From: an uncultured Candidatus Saccharibacteria bacterium
GTDB lineage: Bacteria; Patescibacteriota; UBA1384; JAGVHQ01
Assembly (NCBI GenBank): GCA_964362865.1
Contig: CAYIGD010000002.1
Span: 4,253-68,252 of the forward strand
Length of the DNA: 64,000 nt
Reading direction: 5' to 3'
Of the stretch, positions 52,665-61,522 are shown piece by piece. Made by a program: the position numbers and the translations under genes. Numbering within the stretch: position 1 is the first letter of the stretch; each line of letters begins with the position of its first letter. The notes under the pieces were generated by a model. The model did no database searches and was not told the DNA's origin. It worked only from the letters and a program-made list of their open reading frames with translations.

Positions 52665-52670
52665 CGCCGA

Positions 52671-53282
52671 CTACGCTTCGCGGACGATGTAGAGAACCGT
52701 CCCCCATAAAACGAGTACCGCTAGAGCGGCTCCTAAAAAGCCGGTTAGGGCGAGAAGGCCGATATTAACTTGATTGGCAGAGGTGTACACGGGGGAGGCA
52801 ATAATTTGATATGTATCCTGTTCACCTTGCGATATTTGAGCAAGGCGCTCGCTAAAGATTGTGTGGCTCGCCAGGGCTAGGCGATCAGCATCATCTTTGC
52901 TGCCAGAGCGAAAACGGACAGCTAGGTTTGCCGGGGGGCGTTTTGTAGCGCGGATTAGCTTGCCAACTTTAGCGGGCTTTACGCTCGGTAATTCAACTTG
53001 TGCCGCTCGATATACTTGCTCAACAATTCCAGGGCTTACAAACCACGCTTGAATAATGTCGGCATACTGCTGACTCGCAAGCGTAATGTAATACTGGTCA
53101 TACAGATAGTAATCGGTTTTTTGCTGCGAAAGTGCTGACGATTTACTAACCGTCCAGGTCGTTGCGGCGTCATAGGTTGTGGCAAGACGACTCGTGATGA
53201 CGAATATTAAACCTGCAACAACGATTCCCACACCAACCGCAATCGGAATTGACTTTAGAAATGATTGAAAATCCTTTTTCAT
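52671..53282 (-). CDS. Putative Wzz/CpsC-like polysaccharide chain-length determinant
   Basis: 203 aa with one TM near each terminus and a periplasmic middle. Sits between the DUF4012 gene and a glycosyltransferase. Called on topology and context only. Confidence 0.4.
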   Translation of the reverse strand: MKKDFQSFLKSIPIAVGVGIVVAGLIFVITSRLATTYDAATTWTVSKSSALSQQKTDYYLYDQYYITLASQQYADIIQAWFVSPGIVEQVYRAAQVELPSVKPAKVGKLIRATKRPPANLAVRFRSGSKDDADRLALASHTIFSERLAQISQGEQDTYQIIASPVYTSANQVNIGLLALTGFLGAALAVLVLWGTVLYIVREA

Positions 53283-53286
53283 GCGT

Positions 53287-54378
53287 TTATTTTTTCACAA
53301 GCGGGGCGTACTCGTAAACAGCGCTGCGAACTTCATTTTGAAATCGCCTCCGAGCAAAGCGGCGTGCCGCTTGAACCAGTGCCCCACGATCCCATATCCT
53401 GCGCTGCTCGCGCTCTAAGGCACGAGTTAGTGAAGAAATCGTCGGTTCGGGGAAAAATACTCCGGTCTGGGAGCTTAGGATTTCTTGAGCTCCGCCAGCT
53501 TGATACGCAATTACCGGTCTGCCAGAGGCAAGTGCTTCCACGGCTGTGATCCCAAAGTCTTCTTCTTGGGGGAAGATCAGGGCGCGTGATTTCTTGTATA
53601 GTTGGGGAATCTGTCGGTCCGAGACAAAGCCAAGGAATTTAACGGAGGGTCCCGCATCGTGTTCAAGCGCAGTGCGGCTGCTCCCAATACCAGCAACGAT
53701 GAGCTTGGCGTTGGTCCTCTTGACTGCCCCAATCGCTAGATCAACGCGTTTGTGAGGTTCTAAACGGCTGATTATGAGATACGGCGCGTTAGTTGGAATG
53801 GGAGTAGGTTTGAAACGTTCAATATCTACAGGCGGGTAGATAACGCGCGCGGTACGCCGATAGAACTTTTTGATCCGCTGGGCAACAGTATGGGAATTAG
53901 CAATGAAATGATCTACGCGTTGGGCGGCGTTGTAATCCCACGCGCGAAAAAACGTCGCGCCCAGCGGTAAAAATCGCTCCAGAAGCCGTCCAACATGCTG
54001 GAGCGCCTCATCTCTTTGGTGCCACAAGTACCGTGTTGGGGTGTGACAGTAACAAATGTGTACGGTTTCGGGTTGCGTAATAATGCCTTTGATGAAGCTG
54101 TGGGCACTCGAAATCACGACATCGTATCCGGCAAGGTCGAACTGTTCTACGTGATACGGCATCAGAGCTCGTGCGCGGTTGATGTGGAGGCGGGCCCAGC
54201 GGTGCCGATTCAAGTTGCTCGGGATAATTTTTGCCGCACGAATTCGAGCACTGGTTGTTTTTGGTTCGTACAAAAGCGTAAAGACTGGGGCATCCGGAAA
54301 GACGTCCAGTAGGGCCTCCAGGACACGCTCAGCGCCTCCGTATTTAACTAAGTAGTCATGAACCAGCGCCACGCGCAC
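53287..54378 (-). CDS. Glycosyltransferase family 4 (GT-B, RfaB-like)
   Basis: EDFGITAVEALASGRPVIAYQAGGAQEIL matches the GT4 E-G---EA-A-G-PVI motif. Confidence 0.8.
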   Translation of the reverse strand: MRVALVHDYLVKYGGAERVLEALLDVFPDAPVFTLLYEPKTTSARIRAAKIIPSNLNRHRWARLHINRARALMPYHVEQFDLAGYDVVISSAHSFIKGIITQPETVHICYCHTPTRYLWHQRDEALQHVGRLLERFLPLGATFFRAWDYNAAQRVDHFIANSHTVAQRIKKFYRRTARVIYPPVDIERFKPTPIPTNAPYLIISRLEPHKRVDLAIGAVKRTNAKLIVAGIGSSRTALEHDAGPSVKFLGFVSDRQIPQLYKKSRALIFPQEEDFGITAVEALASGRPVIAYQAGGAQEILSSQTGVFFPEPTISSLTRALEREQRRIWDRGALVQAARRFARRRFQNEVRSAVYEYAPLVKK

Positions 54379-55800
54379 CTAATACGCCCCTTTACCTTTT
54401 AGGACAATCCAGATCGTTTTCAAAAGAATCGTTATATCGAGCCAAATTGACCAGTTCTCAATGTACGTGAGATCGAGTCGGACCCATTCGTCAAATGGGA
54501 TGTCGCTACGGCCGGAAACCTGCCAGAGACCGGTAAGTCCGGGCTTAATATGCAATCGCCGACGTTGCCAGGAAGTATAATGCTCGACTTCTTCCACCAT
54601 CGGGGGGCGGGGGCCGACAAGGCTCATTTCTCCCCGCACGACATTCCATAACTGCGGCAGCTCGTCCAGGCTGGAGCGGCGCACGTAAGAGCCAAAGCGC
54701 GTTACCCTTGGATCCTCTTTCAGTTTAAACATCACCCCGTGGCGTTCCATCAATTCCTGGTGCTGCTCGTTTGCTCCGACGCGCATCGTACGGAACTTAT
54801 AGCAATTGAATGTTTTACGCTCCGAGATGCGCTTCTGAGAGAAAAAGATCGGACCAGAAGAGGTGAGTTTGATCCCCAGCGCGATCGTAAGAAAAACAGG
54901 AAGAAGCAGGAGGATACCGAGCAGTGCCCCGACTAGATCAAAGATGCGTTTGAACACCCGCCCCCAGCCGTCCAATGGAGTCCGCAGGTACGTTACGATT
55001 GGAACCCGGCCGATGGTGGAGGGCTCGACGTTTGTGGCCCGTACCTCATATAAGCTGGGTACGATTCTCACAGTCGCGTGCTCATGCTCGGCGGTTTCCA
55101 GCAGGTTCACGTTCGTTGTTATTGGTAATTGCGGATCCGCGACAAGTACCTCGTCAATTGCGCGAGAGTGTAAGATCTCCTTCAGATCTTCCAGTTTTCC
55201 GATAATCGGGATGCCTTTGAGATTGGCGTTGCTCACGCCTGCTCGGGAACGAATGAGGCCCTTAAGGCGCATCCCTAAAGAGCGATCCGCAAGAATTTCC
55301 TTGACGAGCGCAGCTGCGGTTCCGTTAGTGCCAATGATTACGACACTGCGTACTCCCACCCCATAACGATATAAAAAGCGTTCCAGCGCGAGTAAAAGAA
55401 TGCGTGCCAGCATTACAATCACAATCGAAAAGATCCAAAAATACCCAACAACAAGCCGCGAACTTAAGGTTTGATTGGTGAAGAAGAGGTAACCCACGAT
55501 GAGCGCCACACCGGTTGCGATTCCTAAAAAAAGCCCGGCGAATAGATCAAATCCGCGACGGGACTGCTTGACATTATACAAACCGGCAAGCGCAAAAATA
55601 GCAATCAGGATCGGAATAAAACCGGCGATTAAGCGCAAGAAATCCGGTAGCGGTGCGATTTCAGACAATGGAAAACGCAGCACTCCCCCAAACAATTCGG
55701 GCTGAACGCGCAATTTATACGCTAAAAAAGCCGCTGCAAAGATGCTGAGGGCATCCACGGGGACCTCTAGAACTCGAAAGAAGAGCGCAGATCTTTTCAT
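54379..55800 (-). CDS. Polyprenyl-phosphate sugar phosphotransferase (WbaP/exopolysaccharide priming transferase family)
   Basis: Multi-TM N-terminus plus the C-terminal bacterial sugar transferase domain (GPIFFSQKRISERKTFNCYKFRTM...DELPQLWNVVRGEMSLVGPRP). Confidence 0.85.
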   Translation of the reverse strand: MKRSALFFRVLEVPVDALSIFAAAFLAYKLRVQPELFGGVLRFPLSEIAPLPDFLRLIAGFIPILIAIFALAGLYNVKQSRRGFDLFAGLFLGIATGVALIVGYLFFTNQTLSSRLVVGYFWIFSIVIVMLARILLLALERFLYRYGVGVRSVVIIGTNGTAAALVKEILADRSLGMRLKGLIRSRAGVSNANLKGIPIIGKLEDLKEILHSRAIDEVLVADPQLPITTNVNLLETAEHEHATVRIVPSLYEVRATNVEPSTIGRVPIVTYLRTPLDGWGRVFKRIFDLVGALLGILLLLPVFLTIALGIKLTSSGPIFFSQKRISERKTFNCYKFRTMRVGANEQHQELMERHGVMFKLKEDPRVTRFGSYVRRSSLDELPQLWNVVRGEMSLVGPRPPMVEEVEHYTSWQRRRLHIKPGLTGLWQVSGRSDIPFDEWVRLDLTYIENWSIWLDITILLKTIWIVLKGKGAY

Positions 55801-55856
55801 ACAAATTTCTTTATTGAGTGTAGCGCATCTTGTTCATCAGGTTCAAGTTTAATACG

Positions 55857-55888
55857 CAAGAAAATCCAACTTTCGTTGGATTTTCTTG
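55857..55888. other. Perfect 14-bp AT-rich inverted repeat with a 4-nt loop
   Basis: CAAGAAAATCCAAC-tttc-GTTGGATTTTCTTG, lying between the small ORF 55910..56113 and the sugar-transferase start. Confidence 0.45.
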
Positions 55889-55909
55889 CTCCACTCGGAA
55901 TTGAATCTG

Positions 55910-56113
55910 TTATCGGGCTTTTCTAAGCATAGGAAGACCAGTGCGAGAGTTTTCCATGACTTCGTATCCTGCGGGAAGACTATCGAGGGCACCGTCTTTG
56001 ACTTGGCGGCCAAAAAAGTAAATCGTCTGCAGACGCCCACCGCGCAGCGTAACGTCACGAGAGTGCAGGTAATAGGTTTCACCAGTCTTTTTCGAAGCGA
56101 CTGAATATGCCAT
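55910..56113 (-). CDS. Hypothetical small protein (67 aa)
   Basis: Open frame MAYSVASKKTGETYYLHSRDVTLRGGRLQTIYFFGRQVKDGALDSLPAGYEVMENSRTGLPMLRKAR, co-directional with its neighbours. No family recognised. Confidence 0.4.
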   Translation of the reverse strand: MAYSVASKKTGETYYLHSRDVTLRGGRLQTIYFFGRQVKDGALDSLPAGYEVMENSRTGLPMLRKAR

Positions 56114-56216
56114 CTTGATTCACCTCCCCTCTTAACCTGTTATGCTAATTCCCCCTTATCATGGGTGTCAGTTACAGGTATGTCAAGAGGAGAGTCAAAA
56201 AAACTCATCTGGGTGA

Positions 56217-56828
56217 TTATTGACCCCGAGCTGTATCGGGCGTGTGCGTTAGATAAAGAAGCCCGATCTTGGTCAGTTCTGATTTTAAGATTTCGCGACT
56301 GCGTTGATCTTGCCACCACAGATCTTGCTGGTACCAACTCGCTCGGGCGGGCACGCTCACGACCGTAACATTTTTACCCAACGCACGTCTAAACGAAATC
56401 AATGCACGGCGCTGATGGTAGGCGGAACTGACTAAAATTATGGAATTAAGATGACGCTCTTTCACAATCTGGGCGACGTTGCGGGCGTTTTCAAACGTGT
56501 CCCGCGCATTTTCTTCCATGAGAATGTGGTCGTTACTTACGCCTTGTTTTCGGGCGAGAGCCCCCATTGCTTCGGCGTTTGAAACCTCTCCTGCGCGTGC
56601 CGCTCCGGAAAAGATGAGCAGCGGGGCAAAGCCCTCCTTGTACAAAGCGATCCCTTTTTCCGGCCGTTCCAAACCACCCCCTGAGATCACAACAATCGCA
56701 TCGGCCGCGTGCACAGCGTCTTCTGCCGCGATCCAGTTGCCTAACTTAGCGTAAAAAATATGCCGGCTCAGATACAGCACGGCGGTAAGAGCTAAAAAAA
56801 ATATAAAAATAAGAGCGAGTTTTTTCAT
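56217..56828 (-). CDS. DUF218 (YdcF/ElyC/SanA-like) membrane-anchored protein
   Basis: Signal or anchor peptide, then AIVVISGGG, DTFENA and LVSSAYHQRRA. Start placed at the internal MKKLALIF, 3 nt after the sufU stop. The longer ORF would overlap sufU. Confidence 0.7.
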   Translation of the reverse strand: MKKLALIFIFFLALTAVLYLSRHIFYAKLGNWIAAEDAVHAADAIVVISGGGLERPEKGIALYKEGFAPLLIFSGAARAGEVSNAEAMGALARKQGVSNDHILMEENARDTFENARNVAQIVKERHLNSIILVSSAYHQRRALISFRRALGKNVTVVSVPARASWYQQDLWWQDQRSREILKSELTKIGLLYLTHTPDTARGQ

Positions 56829-57190
56829 TTTTGCAGGACAGAGTGCAAAGCTAAAATAGGTAAGAACGTACATTGAGCGCGTGCCGGGTTTGGAGAAATA
56901 CCAAGTTCTTTTAAGAGCGTGCCCGGCGTAATCGTAGCAATTTCTGTTTGCGATTTTCCAACAATCATATCGGAAAGCACAGAGGCCGCCGCAATCGAAA
57001 CTGCGCATCCTGAGGTCAAAAAAGCGACCTCCGCTAAGATATCTTTTTCCCAACGCACTTGGATTCTCACAGAGTCGCCACAGGCCTCATTTGTTTTGAT
57101 CGCTTCAGCATCCGCTTTGCTCAACGCTTGTGCGTGATGCGGAGTGCGAAAGTGGTCGAGAATGATTTGGCGGTACAGTTCTGAGCTCAT
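56825..57190 (-). CDS. sufU: SUF system Fe-S cluster scaffold, NifU/SufU-like
   Basis: ILDHFRTPHHAQ...EACGDSVRIQV...LTSGCAVSIAAAS is the three-Cys IscU/SufU fold. Confidence 0.8.
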   Translation of the reverse strand: MSSELYRQIILDHFRTPHHAQALSKADAEAIKTNEACGDSVRIQVRWEKDILAEVAFLTSGCAVSIAAASVLSDMIVGKSQTEIATITPGTLLKELGISPNPARAQCTFLPILALHSVLQK

Positions 57191-58392
57191 CTAAAAACTC
57201 GGTGTACTTTCTCAAGTCCTTCAATCAGCCGGTCTACATCGGTTTTACTGGTATACACATGGATTGATGCGCGTACACTGGGGGGAAGCCGATACGCTTC
57301 ATGCAGAGGTTGGGCGCAATGAAAACCAGCTCTGACGGCCACCGTGTACTCGTCCAAAATACTTGCCACATCATGCGCTGGAACACCATCGAGTTGAAAT
57401 GCGAATACCCCCAGTCGCTCCTGTGCCTCCGATGGGCCGAATAACGTAATAAACGGCAACTGTTTCAGTTGCGCGAGGGTATAGACTATAATTTCTTGTT
57501 CATGCTCTTTCAGTGCGTCCAAGCCCAAATGAGCCATGTATTCAACAGCAGCGCCTAAGCCAATCGCCTCTGCGATCGGGGGCGTACCTGCCTCATAGCG
57601 CAGAGGAGCGTCATTCAAGCTAAATTCATCCGCGTGCACTTGGCCAATCATGGAGCCGCCATAGGTAACGGGGCTTAATTGCTCCAAGTATTTTTCCTTT
57701 ACCCAAAGAATTCCGATCCCACTGGGGCCAAGCATTTTATGTCCTGAAAAAAAAGCGAAATCAGGATTAAGCGCGCCCACGTCAATCCCCATGTGGGGAA
57801 CGCTTTGACTGATGTCCAACAGCACCACTGCCCCGGCGCGGTGCGCGGCTGCGATTAAGCTCTGAACATCATTGACCGTCCCGAGCACGTTCGAAGCGTG
57901 TATCAGAGCAACAAAATCTGGTTTTTTCTCAAGAAGTTTGTAAAACTCTTTCACGTTGATTCGGAAGTGACTTGTTAAAGGGGCGATATCAAGCGTTGTC
58001 CCGAACTCTTGCGCGAATTCCAGAGCAGGCACGAAATGGGCATGGTGTTCCATCATTGTGATTAGAATTCTGCTCTTTTGGTTAAGGAATTTCCCCGCCC
58101 ACCCACGAAACACCATATTCGACGATTCAGTCGCGTTACGCGTAAAAATGATCTGCCTAGCGGTGGGCGAACCGATAAATGCCGCGATTTTCTCGCGGGC
58201 GTTTTCGTACCTTTGAGTAGCATATTCACTCAAGTGGTATATACCGCGGTGCACGTTGGCGCTGTAGTGCTCATAGTACTTATCCATCGCTTCGATTACA
58301 GATTGCGGCCGCAAAGAGCTGGCGGCTGAATCGAGATAGATCAAGCCGGTGTTGTTTTTGAGAACACTAAAATCTCCTCGTACATCAAGCAT
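57187..58392 (-). CDS. sufS: Cysteine desulfurase SufS (class V aminotransferase)
   Basis: The PLP Lys is in FSGHKMLGPSGIG, and the catalytic Cys is in RAGFHCAQP. Confidence 0.9.
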   Translation of the reverse strand: MLDVRGDFSVLKNNTGLIYLDSAASSLRPQSVIEAMDKYYEHYSANVHRGIYHLSEYATQRYENAREKIAAFIGSPTARQIIFTRNATESSNMVFRGWAGKFLNQKSRILITMMEHHAHFVPALEFAQEFGTTLDIAPLTSHFRINVKEFYKLLEKKPDFVALIHASNVLGTVNDVQSLIAAAHRAGAVVLLDISQSVPHMGIDVGALNPDFAFFSGHKMLGPSGIGILWVKEKYLEQLSPVTYGGSMIGQVHADEFSLNDAPLRYEAGTPPIAEAIGLGAAVEYMAHLGLDALKEHEQEIIVYTLAQLKQLPFITLFGPSEAQERLGVFAFQLDGVPAHDVASILDEYTVAVRAGFHCAQPLHEAYRLPPSVRASIHVYTSKTDVDRLIEGLEKVHRVFR

Positions 58393-58427
58393 CGCACGTT
58401 CATTTTACCCTACATCTAAGCAACGCT

Positions 58428-59012
58428 CTAGGGTAAACCGGCAATAATCTGACGGTGTGTTTTTCGGGGTGCAATTTGAGACGCCTCGAAAAGAAACGCT
58501 TCTGCCACAAAACGCTCGGCAGCCTTACGTGAAATTCCGCGCGATTGAAGATAAAAAAGGTACTCGGGATTGATCGGAGCGGCAGTGGCGGCATGCGAGG
58601 CCTTCACCTCGTTTGCTTCGATCTCGAGCGACGGGAAAGCATTTGCGCTCGCCCCCTCGCTTAAAATGAGCGAGTCCTGGCGTAGAAAATCAACGGAGTG
58701 TTGGGCCTGTTTTTCTATTTTAATCATTCCTGCAAAATCAAATTGTGCTGTGTCAGTGACAATTGCCTTTACAAGCGTTTCACTTTTGGTATGGGGGGCT
58801 TTGTGAACTGTATCAACGCGTAGCTTCAGCTCGTTTTGCCCGTTGAGTACTCCCGCTCCGAAGACGCGGCACTGCGCGGCTTCCGCTTTCAGAACTAGCG
58901 TACAACTAAAATTACCGCTAAGTCCAGTAAACGGGATAAAGAAATCCACGGGATTCTGATCGGTAATCGTAATTGTTTGTGAGGGTTTGCTCAGTGCGAG
59001 TACTTTAACCAA
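58428..59012 (-). CDS. sufD: Fe-S cluster assembly protein SufD (short form)
   Basis: SufB/D C-terminal beta-helix. Gene order is sufC-sufB-this-sufS. Only 194 aa. Confidence 0.7.
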   Translation of the reverse strand: MVKVLALSKPSQTITITDQNPVDFFIPFTGLSGNFSCTLVLKAEAAQCRVFGAGVLNGQNELKLRVDTVHKAPHTKSETLVKAIVTDTAQFDFAGMIKIEKQAQHSVDFLRQDSLILSEGASANAFPSLEIEANEVKASHAATAAPINPEYLFYLQSRGISRKAAERFVAEAFLFEASQIAPRKTHRQIIAGLP

Positions 59013-60414
59013 CGCTACCTTCCATTTCCAACAAGATTAGGCGGTTGAGCTCGATGGCGTACTCAAGCGGTAAGGTTTTCACGATCGGCTCAATGAAGCC
59101 GTTGACGACCATCGCGGATGCCTCCGTTTCCGAAAGACCCCTCGAGCGCAGATAAAACAGCTGTTCATCCCCGATTTTACTGACGGTTGCCTCGTGTCCG
59201 ATTGTAACGTTTTTAGCGCGTACCTCAATCGTGGGGTAGGTATCGGAACGGCTTAGCTTGTCCAAGATTAAGGCGTCGCAACGCACTGTTGAGCGCGCGC
59301 TGTCGGCTTGGGGCGTGATATGGAGCAAGCCGCGATATGAGGTGCGTCCACCGCCTTTAGAGATTGACTTAGAGGTAATAAGCGAGGTTGTTTCAGGTGC
59401 GACGTGAATTGCCTTGCCGCCGGCGTCTTGATGCTGACCCGCTCCCGCAAACGCGAGCGATAATACCTCGCCGTGTGCCTTGCGGCCCACCAAATATACA
59501 CTGGGGTATTTCATCGTAACCCGAGAGCCCAAATTCCCGTCAATCCACTCCATAACGCCTTCTTCTTCCACCCGGGCGCGCTTAGTGACAAGGTTGTACA
59601 CATCTTTCGACCAGTTTTGAATCGTAGTATAACGCACTCGCGCGCCTTTTTTGACAAAGATTTCCACTACGGCCGCGTGTAAAGAGTCCGAGGCATAAAC
59701 GGGCGCGGTACAACCCTCGACATAGTGCACGGATGAGCCCTCTTCCGCGACAATCAGGGTCCGCTCAAACTGCCCCATATTCTTGGCGTTAATGCGGAAA
59801 TAAGCCTGGAGCGGTAATTCAACATGCACGCCTGAGGGAATGTACACAAACGATCCGCCTGACCACGCGGCTGAGTTGAGTGCCGCAAACTTATTGTCGG
59901 AAGCTGGAATGAGCTTTCCAAAGTACTGCTGTACGATTTCCGGGTGTTCGCGCAAGCCGGAATCCATGTCGGTAAAGATCACTCCCTGTTTAGAAAGTTT
60001 CTCGTGCACGGAGTGGTAGATCACTTCCGAGTCATACTGCGCGCCCACACCGGCTAGGTATTTTTGTTCGGCCTGAGGAATTCCCAGCCGGTCGAAAGTG
60101 CGTTTCATGCTTGAAGGGACGTCATCCCACGATTTAAGCTGAACGGAGACTGGTTTGAGGTAGTAGAAAATGGTGTCGAAGTTGATTCGCGAAAGATCAG
60201 CGCCCCAAGTGGGCATTTGTTTAGCCTGAAAGGTTTGATAGCTTTGCAAGCGAAACGCCCTCATCCATGAAGGCTCATGCTTGTGGTTCGAGATTGACTC
60301 GACCACGGTACTCGAAAGCCCACGGGGGGCTTTATACACCGATTCCTCAGGTTCGTTAAAACCGAAGCGGTACGTATCGAGTTCGGCAGCGATTTTGTTC
60401 TGGATGCTTTTCAT
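59005..60414 (-). CDS. sufB: Fe-S cluster assembly protein SufB
   Basis: 469 aa, SufB family with a conserved C-terminus (NGFIEPIVKTLPLEYAIELNRLI). Confidence 0.92.
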   Translation of the reverse strand: MKSIQNKIAAELDTYRFGFNEPEESVYKAPRGLSSTVVESISNHKHEPSWMRAFRLQSYQTFQAKQMPTWGADLSRINFDTIFYYLKPVSVQLKSWDDVPSSMKRTFDRLGIPQAEQKYLAGVGAQYDSEVIYHSVHEKLSKQGVIFTDMDSGLREHPEIVQQYFGKLIPASDNKFAALNSAAWSGGSFVYIPSGVHVELPLQAYFRINAKNMGQFERTLIVAEEGSSVHYVEGCTAPVYASDSLHAAVVEIFVKKGARVRYTTIQNWSKDVYNLVTKRARVEEEGVMEWIDGNLGSRVTMKYPSVYLVGRKAHGEVLSLAFAGAGQHQDAGGKAIHVAPETTSLITSKSISKGGGRTSYRGLLHITPQADSARSTVRCDALILDKLSRSDTYPTIEVRAKNVTIGHEATVSKIGDEQLFYLRSRGLSETEASAMVVNGFIEPIVKTLPLEYAIELNRLILLEMEGSVG

Positions 60415-61157
60415 CAGCTAATTTTTTGCTCTGCAAGCTGCGCATAACCGGTTTTTTCAAGTTTTTTAGCAAGTCCAAATGTTCCTGAGCGCACGATTGT
60501 CCCACGCAACATAATATGTACAAAATCGGGTTTGATAAAATTGAGCAGCCGCTGGTAGTGCGTAATCAAGACAATTGCGCGCTTTGCACTACGCAAAGCG
60601 TTAATCCCGCTCGCAACGGTGCCAAGCGAATCAATATCCAGCCCGGAGTCGGTTTCGTCTAAAATCGCGTACGCGGGTTCCAGTACGGCCATCTGCAGGA
60701 TTTCGTTGCGCTTTTTCTCTCCACCCGAGAAGTTTTCGTTCAGGGAACGCTCGATGAAGTCGTCTTTAATGTGCAAAGGGCGCGCTTTTTCTTGAACCAA
60801 GCGGCGCAGTTTAATGGGAGTAAGCTTTTCTTTTTTGAGCGAATTGTAGGCAAGGCGTAAAAAAGCGGTAATGCTGACTCCCGGGATTTCAATGGGGTAC
60901 TGAAATCCCAAAAATAAGCCCAGTTGGGCGCGCTTCTCAGGCATTAGGCGGTTGATTATTTTTCCATCCAAGATGATTTTCCCCTTAGTAATCGCGTAAC
61001 TTGGATGTCCCATGAGTACGTGTGCCAAGGTTGATTTACCGCTCCCATTCGGGCCCATGATCGCGTGCACTTCACCCTTGTTCACCGTAAGGTCAAGCCC
61101 ATGCAGGATCGCTACTTTTCCTGCGCTTACGTGCAGGTTGGAAATCGCTAGACTCAT
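60414..61157 (-). CDS. sufC: Fe-S cluster assembly ATPase SufC
   Basis: Walker A GPNGSGKST, ABC signature FSGGEKKR and Walker B AILDETDSGLD. Confidence 0.93.
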   Translation of the reverse strand: MSLAISNLHVSAGKVAILHGLDLTVNKGEVHAIMGPNGSGKSTLAHVLMGHPSYAITKGKIILDGKIINRLMPEKRAQLGLFLGFQYPIEIPGVSITAFLRLAYNSLKKEKLTPIKLRRLVQEKARPLHIKDDFIERSLNENFSGGEKKRNEILQMAVLEPAYAILDETDSGLDIDSLGTVASGINALRSAKRAIVLITHYQRLLNFIKPDFVHIMLRGTIVRSGTFGLAKKLEKTGYAQLAEQKIS

Positions 61158-61396
61158 TTTTTTTCAGGTTGCTTTGTATTTTTCTCAACTGCCTGGTTTA
61201 TTTCCTCTAACATTTCGTCTACCTCTTGGTCGCTCATCCCGTGCAGTTTGGCCCCGTTTTCCACGCTATCAAACCGATTCGCAAAACAACCCACACAATG
61301 CAGGCCATATTCCAGCATTACTTTTGCGGCCTCGGGGTGTTTGGCGGCCAGCTCCCCCAGATTTTGCTCCCGTTTAATCTCTAGCATCTCTATCAC
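61154..61396 (-). CDS. DUF1858-type redox-disulfide small protein (hybrid-cluster-protein-associated domain)
   Basis: 80 aa with a GLHCVGC motif. Overlaps the sufC start by 4 nt. Confidence 0.6.
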   Translation of the reverse strand: MIEMLEIKREQNLGELAAKHPEAAKVMLEYGLHCVGCFANRFDSVENGAKLHGMSDQEVDEMLEEINQAVEKNTKQPEKK

Positions 61397-61522
61397 AACT
61401 CTACCTTAAAATAAGGCAAGTAGCCAATCAAAGCAGCGTCATACGAACCTAGAGATTCCTCAATAACTAACCATGGGATATACTGAAAAAGATTTCCAAC
61501 GACCTTTGATAAGGGGTGAGAA

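Noticed and set aside
56829-57053. N-terminal 75-codon extension of the DUF218 ORF
   Set aside because: It would overlap the sufU coding region in another frame. The internal Met (MKKLALIF, a signal peptide) 3 nt after the sufU stop is the credible start.
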